A DNA stretch of 64,000 bases from a virus, in the IMG/VR virus record IMGVR_UViG_3300033273_000658, positions 77,006 through 141,005 of that record. The stretch is one strand, 5' to 3'. The position numbers and the translations under genes are program-made. This document shows positions 26,704-34,115 of this stretch, one piece after another. Numbering within the stretch: the first letter of the stretch is position 1; every line of letters starts with the position of its first letter. The notes below the pieces were generated by a model. The model was not told where the DNA came from. It worked only from the letters and a program-made list of their open reading frames with translations, and did no database searches.

Positions 26704-26778
26704 CTCTTCCAGTGCTCTAGCCGTGGCATAAAACGGCCTACTACCCCACCCCCGTACCCCCACAAACAGGAGACATCC

Positions 26779-27138
26779 ATGTCACACGAGACACCCGAAA
26801 CCAACCCCACAACCCCACAAAACACTACCACCAAGAAAGTTCTTTACATTGCTCATTTATGCCCATACGACATGGCTCAGTATGGATATGGAACCACACA
26901 TCGCTTTTCAGATCGGGAGGAGTTTGAGGCTTTCCGAGCCTCCAAAGGCTCTCGTTGTGATGACTACAGTCGTTGGATCTACCATGTGCGCACCATCTTT
27001 AATCGAATCGAAGAAGGATACGATGTAGACTCGTGGTATTTCGACTATGGTGTCAATAATGACGGTTCAGTTTCAAAAACCCCATACGGACATTGGAACC
27101 AGTACCATGCAGATTTCAAGAGCTTTCCCGAAATCTAG
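26779..27138 (+). CDS. Hypothetical protein
   Basis: AGGAG RBS after a C-rich tract. Confidence 0.7.
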   Translation: MSHETPETNPTTPQNTTTKKVLYIAHLCPYDMAQYGYGTTHRFSDREEFEAFRASKGSRCDDYSRWIYHVRTIFNRIEEGYDVDSWYFDYGVNNDGSVSKTPYGHWNQYHADFKSFPEI

Positions 27139-27139
27139 T

Positions 27140-27460
27140 CACGTCAAGTCTTGACGTAACAACATGAGCCGAAATTTTCGGCTCTTTTTTTTGAGCTTGA
27201 TCATTTTGAGAATCATTCTCAATTTCTGTTTTAACAAATTTCATAAAATTTTATGCAAGTTAGATAAAAATCCTCTTGCAATAACCGTGCCAAACTTTCT
27301 TTACGTAACTCCAAAAATCTTGCATGCAAGAAGTGTGCCAAAAAAACTTTACGTAACTCAAACCGGATAGCTGAAAATCCTCTTGCAAGAAGTGTGCCAA
27401 ACTTTCTTTACGTAACTCAAAACACATAGCTGAGCATTTTTGAAAATCTTCTCATTTAGA
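27140..27460. repeat. Operator array 5: palindrome, Fur-type box, TTTAACAAA-TTCATAAAA motif and three sigma54 composite elements
   Basis: ACGTCAAG-T-CTTGACGT 27141; TGAGAATCATTCTCA 27207; motif 27230; sigma54 (-) at 27276, 27324, 27383. Confidence 0.9.
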
Positions 27461-27499
27461 GCCGGTCAAAAAATGTCCTCAAAAAAAAGAAAAAAAATG

Positions 27500-27527
27500 T
27501 TTGCACATCGAAAAAACATGTTATATT
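27500..27527 (+). promoter_or_regulatory. Extended -10 promoter downstream of array 5
   Basis: A-tract, TTGCAC-like -35, TGTTATATT. Confidence 0.55.
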
Positions 27528-27830
27528 AATTTTGTGGCGAGGTCATAACCTCAAAACTTTTTTCGCTCTTTGTCAGTTCCAATAATAATCCTGTTCTTTT
27601 CGTGGGTGCTAGTGCCACGAATCAAACCATCACAACAGGAGCCACCCATGGCCTTATTAATCTTTCTACTCGTATTCGGTTATGTCGTTTGCGACATTGC
27701 CAAGAACATCAAAAACAATCGCAAATAGGAGATAAACCATGCTTATTATCGCATCTGCATACATTTCACTGATCGGGGGCTTTGGCCTCTACCACTTCCT
27801 CAAACTCATTTTCAATCAATAGGAGACACC

Positions 27831-28073
27831 ATGTCAGAAACTCACGTCCTTTTCAGTTTATTCCTCACCATCTCAGTTATGCTTTCCGGCTTTGTCTGGA
27901 TTGTATGCGAAGAGTCTACACCATCTGAAACAGACGATTGGGAACTTATTCCAATCGCTCAAAAGATGGTCACAATCGGCCAGAAGCTTTCCGGCTTATA
28001 CCTTTCTCTATCGATCCCCATCATGTTTTTTAACATGGTGTACATCATTACATTCTGCACCCACCAACCTTAG
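27831..28073 (+). CDS. Small membrane protein
   Basis: Two hydrophobic segments; AGGAG RBS. Confidence 0.6.
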   Translation: MSETHVLFSLFLTISVMLSGFVWIVCEESTPSETDDWELIPIAQKMVTIGQKLSGLYLSLSIPIMFFNMVYIITFCTHQP

Positions 28074-28082
28074 GAGACAACC

Positions 28083-28442
28083 ATGAACACATTCACAACC
28101 AACCAGCCCACAACAGGAAACAACACCATGAACCAAGACAACACAACCCACGTAGAACACAGCGCCACCAACACTATCCCATCCGTATATGATGATACAA
28201 ACCACAAGTATGACACACTTGAAACCACGCACCTCCCAAACCCCTCGGAATACCGTTCTGAGGTGGCAGTGATGTACGACTTCTTATGTGCTATCTCGGA
28301 TTCGTGGGTACACTGCGCGAATACTCAGTACATCATTGACCATGCTCGTAACGAGCTTGTGCGTGGTGGTCGTACTCCATTCTACCATGAGTGCATTAAG
28401 GAGCTTGTGAAGCTCTACAATGCACCACAAGGGGGTGAGTAA
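28083..28442 (+). CDS. Hypothetical protein
   Basis: AGGAG RBS. Confidence 0.65.
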   Translation: MNTFTTNQPTTGNNTMNQDNTTHVEHSATNTIPSVYDDTNHKYDTLETTHLPNPSEYRSEVAVMYDFLCAISDSWVHCANTQYIIDHARNELVRGGRTPFYHECIKELVKLYNAPQGGE

Positions 28443-28606
28443 TGACGAGTATCATCACCACCACAGGGCTTGCATTGCTTGCCCTTGTGGGCTTTGTGGG
28501 TGAGGTATTCGCCCCATGGAATGACATCCCCCGAAGCCTATCGGCTCGGCTCCTCTTGACGGCTGGCCTGTTTGGGCTGGCCTTGCGCCTGATGGGGTGG
28601 TTCTGA
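28442..28606 (+). CDS. Small two-helix membrane protein
   Basis: MTSIITTTGLALLALVGFVGEVF...; coupled to both neighbours. Confidence 0.5.
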   Translation: MTSIITTTGLALLALVGFVGEVFAPWNDIPRSLSARLLLTAGLFGLALRLMGWF

Positions 28607-28893
28607 TGTTTCTGAGAGTCACCCAAACCCACACCAATCGCCCAAGCACGTGCAACGCACGTGCATGCGATTGCAAGCCCATCCCCTCCGGTACCCCGGT
28701 GGTGTGGACGGTGTCTACCTATCGGGGGCGTACCCTCAGCCGTGTGTGGCACCCTGAGTGCTTTGAGAGAGCCACGGCATACGCTCCCTACTATCATAGA
28801 CTCAAAGCGATTAGGGAGGGTAAAGACATCCTCCCGTTACCATTGTCGGCCTATTGTCCTGAGACGGGAAAGGTAATAGGCTACGAGCGATAG
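28606..28893 (+). CDS. Small zinc-binding protein (PARP-zinc-finger-like pattern)
   Basis: C...C.C..I..G...WHPEC. Confidence 0.5.
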   Translation: MFLRVTQTHTNRPSTCNARACDCKPIPSGTPVVWTVSTYRGRTLSRVWHPECFERATAYAPYYHRLKAIREGKDILPLPLSAYCPETGKVIGYER

Positions 28894-28936
28894 ACCACCA
28901 GCCGATCGAATGATCGGCATTCTCTTTCCCCCACAC

Positions 28937-28961
28937 CATAATGATAATGAGAATCATTATC
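28937..28961. promoter_or_regulatory. Extended Fur box
   Basis: CATAAT followed by GATAATGAGAATCATTATC (18/19 consensus). Confidence 0.85.
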
Positions 28962-28997
28962 AATACCAGCCCGATTGGATGGGGCAAGACTTTCAAG

Positions 28998-29074
28998 TAA
29001 TTGATTTCAATTATGGTATAGCGCAAACCGAAATCAATTATGGTTTTGAAATCGAAATCAATTATGGTTTGCGC
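28998..29074. repeat. Array of TCAATTATGGT repeats with flanking inverted repeat
   Basis: Copies at 29007, 29034, 29058; exact 18-mer CGAAATCAATTATGGTTT at 29029 and 29053; GCGCAAACC...GGTTTGCGC. Confidence 0.8.
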
Positions 29075-29213
29075 AACCCCCTCCTCCTACTTCCCCTTGG
29101 TTGGAGCGTTGCGAAATAAGTACTTGAAAGTCTTGACACGTCAAATCGGCGCAGATACATCCTCGCTACACACAGAAATTTCCCAGATTTGAAAAAAATT
29201 AAAAAACATAAAA

Positions 29214-29220
29214 CTATTTA
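29214..29220 (+). promoter_or_regulatory. Candidate late promoter motif CTA(T/A/G)TTA
   Basis: Recurs upstream of genes at 2137, 4141, 30489, 31445, 37147, 39495, 45211, 61031. Confidence 0.55.
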
Positions 29221-29269
29221 AGGTGTAAAAAAATATAGAAAAAAAATTTCTAGATTTAAGGAGCATAAA

Positions 29270-29593
29270 ATGAAATTAACAACAACACAAATAAGAAAGC
29301 TTATAAAAGAAGAGCTGCGTAAAATTCTAAAAGAAATGGATTATTCAGAAAGCATGAGTCTTGATTTGGGGTATTTGCAAAACTTAGCCAATCAAGTTAG
29401 AGAAAAAACTATTTCAAACAATGACATGCAAGAATTAATCAAAGCTGTTCAATTGATTGGAAATGAGCTTTTCGCTCAAAAATTAAATCCCAATGGGGAA
29501 CACGCGATGTTTTATTATAAAACAGTTGGATTGGTAGATCCTGATGTTGACATGTATGAATTTAGCCCGGAAGAAGAGCCAGAATTTTATTAA
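29270..29593 (+). CDS. Hypothetical protein with N-terminal IRKLIKEEL motif
   Basis: MKLTTTQIRKLIKEELRKIL. Confidence 0.8.
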   Translation: MKLTTTQIRKLIKEELRKILKEMDYSESMSLDLGYLQNLANQVREKTISNNDMQELIKAVQLIGNELFAQKLNPNGEHAMFYYKTVGLVDPDVDMYEFSPEEEPEFY

Positions 29594-29604
29594 AGAAACA
29601 TAAA

Positions 29605-29943
29605 ATGAAATTTTATATCATAGAAAATAGTCGCATACCCCAAGCGCTTTCGCTTTTTATAAACATCTGGGCGATTACCCTATACCCGTTTATTATTTGC
29701 AAAGGAGAACTTGACCAACGCACAAAAACTCATGAGATAATCCACCTTCATCAACAACGAGAGCTTTGGCTCATCGGCTTCTATTTATTGTATGTTTGGT
29801 ATTGGCTTGTGGGTGTCTATAAACTTAGGTCATTTCATGGCGCATATCTCAATATTCCGTTCGAAAAAGAGGCTTACGCTAATGATCAGGACCCAACATA
29901 CCCCGTTCGCCGCAAAGCGTTTTCTTGGAGGAAATATCGATGA
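29605..29943 (+). CDS. Small HExxH (zincin-motif) membrane-associated protein
   Basis: HEIIHLHQQRE...PFEKEAY. Confidence 0.75.
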   Translation: MKFYIIENSRIPQALSLFINIWAITLYPFIICKGELDQRTKTHEIIHLHQQRELWLIGFYLLYVWYWLVGVYKLRSFHGAYLNIPFEKEAYANDQDPTYPVRRKAFSWRKYR

Positions 29944-30437
29944 ATATAAGCAGAAATTTACTAAAACAAATTATAAACGAAGAGCTTCGCAAAGTCCTTA
30001 ACGAAGTTGATAGAGAATCTTGCGCTATTCACTCTCTCGGTTTTATTGATTTGGATGGAAACTTTATAGATTTAGAATCTTTTGCGACCGAATACCAAAA
30101 AAGAATAAATGTTGCTTATACGCATGGAGATTATTTAAAAAGTGTAGGTTTAGATTGGACACCTGATGGCTGGATTAAAGTATCAAATGCTTATTCAATG
30201 ACTATAGAAGCTTCTGACTGGTCTGCTATAAAACCGCAACAAGTCGATGGTTTAATTGACATGTGGATGTCTTGCACCAAATATTCCCCATGGATTAGAA
30301 AAAAAGCAAATTCAAAGCATTTAGAATTTTGGGCTGGTGGTGAAGTCTTACCTAAGATGACTTTGGAAGAATTTCTATTAACATACGGCACTAAAGAGCA
30401 ATTTGAAAGATTTTTTAATTTTTTAATTAATTACTAG
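29940..30437 (+). CDS. Hypothetical protein with LKQIINEEL motif
   Basis: MNISRNLLKQIINEELRKVL. Confidence 0.75.
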   Translation: MNISRNLLKQIINEELRKVLNEVDRESCAIHSLGFIDLDGNFIDLESFATEYQKRINVAYTHGDYLKSVGLDWTPDGWIKVSNAYSMTIEASDWSAIKPQQVDGLIDMWMSCTKYSPWIRKKANSKHLEFWAGGEVLPKMTLEEFLLTYGTKEQFERFFNFLINY

Positions 30438-30515
30438 ATAAAAGTGGAAAAATTTAGGGCGCGATGCTCCGCTTGGAAAAAACCCTTCCTAGTTACAATA
30501 GGGGGGTTTTATGTT

Positions 30516-31448
30516 ATGTGGTTATTATCATTATTATGGGGGTGCGGCTCAGACCATTTCTTGAGCCATGGAAAAATTCAGAATGAAATTGAATATGTTT
30601 ATGTCCAAGACAATTACATTGAGGGCTCTGAGGATACAGGATCAAATGAACCAATATGGGTAGACTCATTCACACAACCATCTATATCAAATGGAGTTGA
30701 TATAATCTGGGTTATTGATGGCTCAGGATCAATGACAGATGATCACGCACTTGTTCTCCAAGGAATTTCAGATATGATGCATAGCCTCCCGCTTATTAGT
30801 TGGAGGCTTATTATTATTTCAATGACACCTCATGAGGCCGTTGCTGTTGAGACATTTCCATTGCTGCCGGGAGACAGCGATTTGGATGCTTTTGTGATGT
30901 TTTCGCAAAATGTTAATAATGGATATGAACAAGGGTTTGAATCTGTTTATCAGTTTATTGAAAACAATGAGTTTGCTCGTCAATGGTTGAGGGATGATGC
31001 TGCTTTATTAACGGTATTTGTCTCGGATGAAGATGATCAATCAAGTTCTAGGTTTCCAACGGTTGAAATATTTAAAAATTGGCTTGATAGTATAAGAGAT
31101 CATGTCTATGTCTCCTCAATTACCAATCTTATGCCAGATGATTCGCTTTGCAACAACTACTCTCACAACGTTGGATTTAGATATCAAGAATTAACCAATT
31201 TATATTCTGGTCAATTGCTTGATATTTGCTCCGAAAACTGGTCGCAAGGTGTTGCTGATGCCTCTAACCAGCTGCAGCTCAGAGAATGGCTTGATCTTTC
31301 AAAAATTCCCGCAAATGACCAAGAAATTTATGTGTTTGTTGATGGTCTAGAGTATTTTGATTGGCATTATAATCCGGATGAAAATAGAGTTTATTTTGAT
31401 GTTGTTCCGGATGAAGAAACTTTAGTTGAAATTGCATACTATTACTAA
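30516..31448 (+). CDS. vWA-domain lipoprotein-like protein
   Basis: MWLLSLLWGC; VDIIWVIDGSGSM; LRDDAALLTVFVSDEDD. Confidence 0.8.
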   Translation: MWLLSLLWGCGSDHFLSHGKIQNEIEYVYVQDNYIEGSEDTGSNEPIWVDSFTQPSISNGVDIIWVIDGSGSMTDDHALVLQGISDMMHSLPLISWRLIIISMTPHEAVAVETFPLLPGDSDLDAFVMFSQNVNNGYEQGFESVYQFIENNEFARQWLRDDAALLTVFVSDEDDQSSSRFPTVEIFKNWLDSIRDHVYVSSITNLMPDDSLCNNYSHNVGFRYQELTNLYSGQLLDICSENWSQGVADASNQLQLREWLDLSKIPANDQEIYVFVDGLEYFDWHYNPDENRVYFDVVPDEETLVEIAYYY

Positions 31449-31456
31449 TTATTAAC

Positions 31457-32410
31457 ATGAAAATACGAATAACAAAGAAAAAAAACATTGAAGAAATTTC
31501 ATCTAGTGGATCCGGGTCAGGATTTGCTGGAAATGCATTTCAAAATAAAAACAAAACAGAAGTAAATGAAGCAACTGAGATCAAAAGTGAAGTAGATCCT
31601 GAACAAAAACTTGAAGATGGATACATTTCTCTTATTACAGTGCACAACACCGATTTAAATTATAAAATTATTCAAAATTTAGTTATTGAAAAAGAGTCAC
31701 TATATATTGAATCTAGCTCTTATCATAAGCTTGCAGATGAAGTTGAAAAATGTATTCCTAGTGCGATAGTTTGGAGCTATGGTAGCAAGATGATAGAATA
31801 CAGTCAAATTTCTTTTGACATTAGTAAAATAGAAATTAATGGAAAACCAATAACAAATCTTCACGGACTAGAAGAAAATATTTTTTTAAATAAAATGGAT
31901 GCCGTTAGATTTTTTAATCAAGTTATGAAAGAAATAGGTCAATATGTTTCCAAGCATTTAGATAAAGTTTATCGTTTTATTGGAATACCATCAGAAGAAG
32001 AAGAAAAATTATTTTCTGATGATAAGGCTACCAAGCGAACCCAGATTTATAAAATGGGACTAAAAAGGCTTTTTAGAAGTTTACCAGGAAATTGGAAGAC
32101 ACAAGAGGTAGGAGATCCAAATGATTTGTTTTTTTGGAGATGTCCTGATGGAGAACAGAGCACTCTGGTCTTTGAAAATAAAGAAATTGAGTTCACAAAT
32201 GAAGAAATCGATTTAATTCATGAAATGTATTCAACTTCTGGTGCTATGATGGGATCTGGTAGTGGTCATATTCCTAGAGAACGCAACCCAAAAGCTCACA
32301 AACGCTATGTTCGTATACGATTTACGCGTCAAAGGCTTCAAAACTTCAAACCAAGTAGATATTTTCCCAATAGGATGCAGCAGTTAGGTGAAAAGTGGTC
32401 ACGGAAATAA
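31457..32410 (+). CDS. Hypothetical protein; frame continues 34 codons past the TAA to 32515
   Basis: ORF track plus manual translation of 32411-32515. Confidence 0.75.
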   Translation: MKIRITKKKNIEEISSSGSGSGFAGNAFQNKNKTEVNEATEIKSEVDPEQKLEDGYISLITVHNTDLNYKIIQNLVIEKESLYIESSSYHKLADEVEKCIPSAIVWSYGSKMIEYSQISFDISKIEINGKPITNLHGLEENIFLNKMDAVRFFNQVMKEIGQYVSKHLDKVYRFIGIPSEEEEKLFSDDKATKRTQIYKMGLKRLFRSLPGNWKTQEVGDPNDLFFWRCPDGEQSTLVFENKEIEFTNEEIDLIHEMYSTSGAMMGSGSGHIPRERNPKAHKRYVRIRFTRQRLQNFKPSRYFPNRMQQLGEKWSRK

Positions 32411-32521
32411 AGAAAAAAGCGAAAAAGCAAATGTTCTAATCCAAAAGGCTTCACAATGAAGCAATTTTGTAAAAACCAGCGCACAAGATCCAAAAAAGGA
32501 CAAAAAAAGAATTAATTTTCA

Positions 32522-32550
32522 TTGACAAACCCCTTATTTAATGTTATATT
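32522..32550 (+). promoter_or_regulatory. sigma70 promoter
   Basis: TTGACA-N17-TATATT, TG-extended. Confidence 0.75.
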
Positions 32551-32595
32551 AAGTTTACACAACAAAAAAAACTATATAACATGTCTTATGTTTAT

Positions 32596-32624
32596 AATAT
32601 AACATACAATTACAAAGGTGTCAA
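32596..32624 (-). promoter_or_regulatory. Antisense sigma70 promoter convergent with 32522
   Basis: Reverse complement TTGACA-CCTTTGTAATTGTATGT-TATATT. Confidence 0.65.
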
Positions 32625-32631
32625 CAAAAAA

Positions 32632-33672
32632 ATGAAAAAAATTAGCTTTGATTTCGATAATACTATCGCAATGTCCTTTATGACATACATAAATGAAGAA
32701 CCAATACCGGTTTTTCAATCCTATAATGACAAAATTATAAAAAAAATTAAGAAACATATCAAAAATGATGATGATATTTACATCGTAACTGCTAGAACCG
32801 AGGAATTGGAGCAGTATTTTCCCGATCAAACAGTAGAAAAACATCTTGAGAAGCTTGGTCTTAAAGATTATTTTTGGCCAGACAGAGTAATCTTTACTGC
32901 TGCACAGCCAAAATCAGATATTTTGCATAATTTAGGTGTTGAAAAGCACTATGATGACTCAATTGAAGAACATTTTGACGGTCTTGATGCAAAATACGAG
33001 GTAATTCAGCCCTTGGATGACTTCAAAGACAGTGAAACAGTCGGAAAAGTATGTATTTTTGATGATAATGAGAAGATGTTGATACTACAAAGATCAGATG
33101 AAGGGCATTTATGGGACTTACCAGGTGGTCATCTTAAGAATGTTGAGATAGCTAGGGGTGAACAGGGCTACGAAGACGGCACAGAACGCGAAGTTTTCGA
33201 AGAAACAGGTATAATGGTGCCATTTATCAAGGAATTTATGGATTATGACTTCAATCATAAGGGTCTCGTACACAAAATTCACTTATATTTAAGCAAAATT
33301 GAAGGAAATGAGCCGCCTGTACGACTTGATTTGCAAGATCATATCGAAAACATCGACTATAAATGGGTTACAATCGAAGAATTAGAAGATTATATGGGGA
33401 AAACAACGACAAATTTACGTAAAGCTTACGATATGATCTCAATTCAGGACGAAATCTTTGAACATACAGAGCCATATCAGCTAAAAATGAAGAAAAAACA
33501 CCGAAACATGAAGAGAAAACTAGTTGGGTTTGGCAAAAATAAGCATTTTGGTGGTGGAAAAGGTCATTCTAGACCAAAAATGAGTCGTTCCAAGTCTGCT
33601 CCGCCGCCTTTTGGGGCAATGGGAGAGGGAAAAGAACCTAAAAAGATACTAAAAATAAGGAAAAAACGATGA
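32632..33672 (+). CDS. HAD-like plus NUDIX hydrolase fusion
   Basis: ISFDFDNT, IVTAR, HYDD; WDLPGG...EREVFEETG; basic tail. Confidence 0.85.
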   Translation: MKKISFDFDNTIAMSFMTYINEEPIPVFQSYNDKIIKKIKKHIKNDDDIYIVTARTEELEQYFPDQTVEKHLEKLGLKDYFWPDRVIFTAAQPKSDILHNLGVEKHYDDSIEEHFDGLDAKYEVIQPLDDFKDSETVGKVCIFDDNEKMLILQRSDEGHLWDLPGGHLKNVEIARGEQGYEDGTEREVFEETGIMVPFIKEFMDYDFNHKGLVHKIHLYLSKIEGNEPPVRLDLQDHIENIDYKWVTIEELEDYMGKTTTNLRKAYDMISIQDEIFEHTEPYQLKMKKKHRNMKRKLVGFGKNKHFGGGKGHSRPKMSRSKSAPPPFGAMGEGKEPKKILKIRKKR

Positions 33673-33980
33673 ATTTTGATGATTTTGAGCGTCCTTTGGA
33701 CCCCGATGCAGAGCAATTAGCCCTTAAAATGCAGGCTTTTTTAAAATCAAAAAACGGTAATTTATTGCAACCTGTACGATTAAAAGGCAAAAAAGAGACT
33801 TACTATTGGTCTTTCATGAACAAAAAACATGAATTATTACATCCAAACTCGGAAATGTACTTACTGCCGTGGAAAGAAACAGAAAAAGGTGAATACTATG
33901 TGTATTCTCCGTATACTTTTCAAAGCGGCAATGTATTTCTAGTTCCAAAAAATGAAATTATAGATTTGGGGTTTAATTAA
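33669..33980 (+). CDS. Hypothetical protein
   Basis: Coupled ORF. Confidence 0.7.
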   Translation: MNFDDFERPLDPDAEQLALKMQAFLKSKNGNLLQPVRLKGKKETYYWSFMNKKHELLHPNSEMYLLPWKETEKGEYYVYSPYTFQSGNVFLVPKNEIIDLGFN

Positions 33981-34115
33981 TGTATTCTTTTATCTATTTA
34001 TGTATAGCATTAATGATTTTTCTAATCATTTATGTATTAATTGGGTTTGAATTGATGGTAGCGACTTTGTTGTTCTTGATTTTCTTATCTTTGATAACAA
34101 TAATAGGAATGTTAA

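Noticed and set aside
23384-29119. ORFs over the arrays (23384-, 25255-, 25270+, 27164+, 28910+) and the 5' extensions at 20248 and 21185
   Set aside because: Their shared peptides (e.g. SYVKKFWH, LRIILNF, FFLTTFSEPYK) are just translations of the DNA motifs; no convincing RBS
32408-32410. Genome-wide stop-codon reassignment
   Set aside because: TAA, TAG and TGA all end well-defined genes and long genes are intact in the standard code; this is an isolated case
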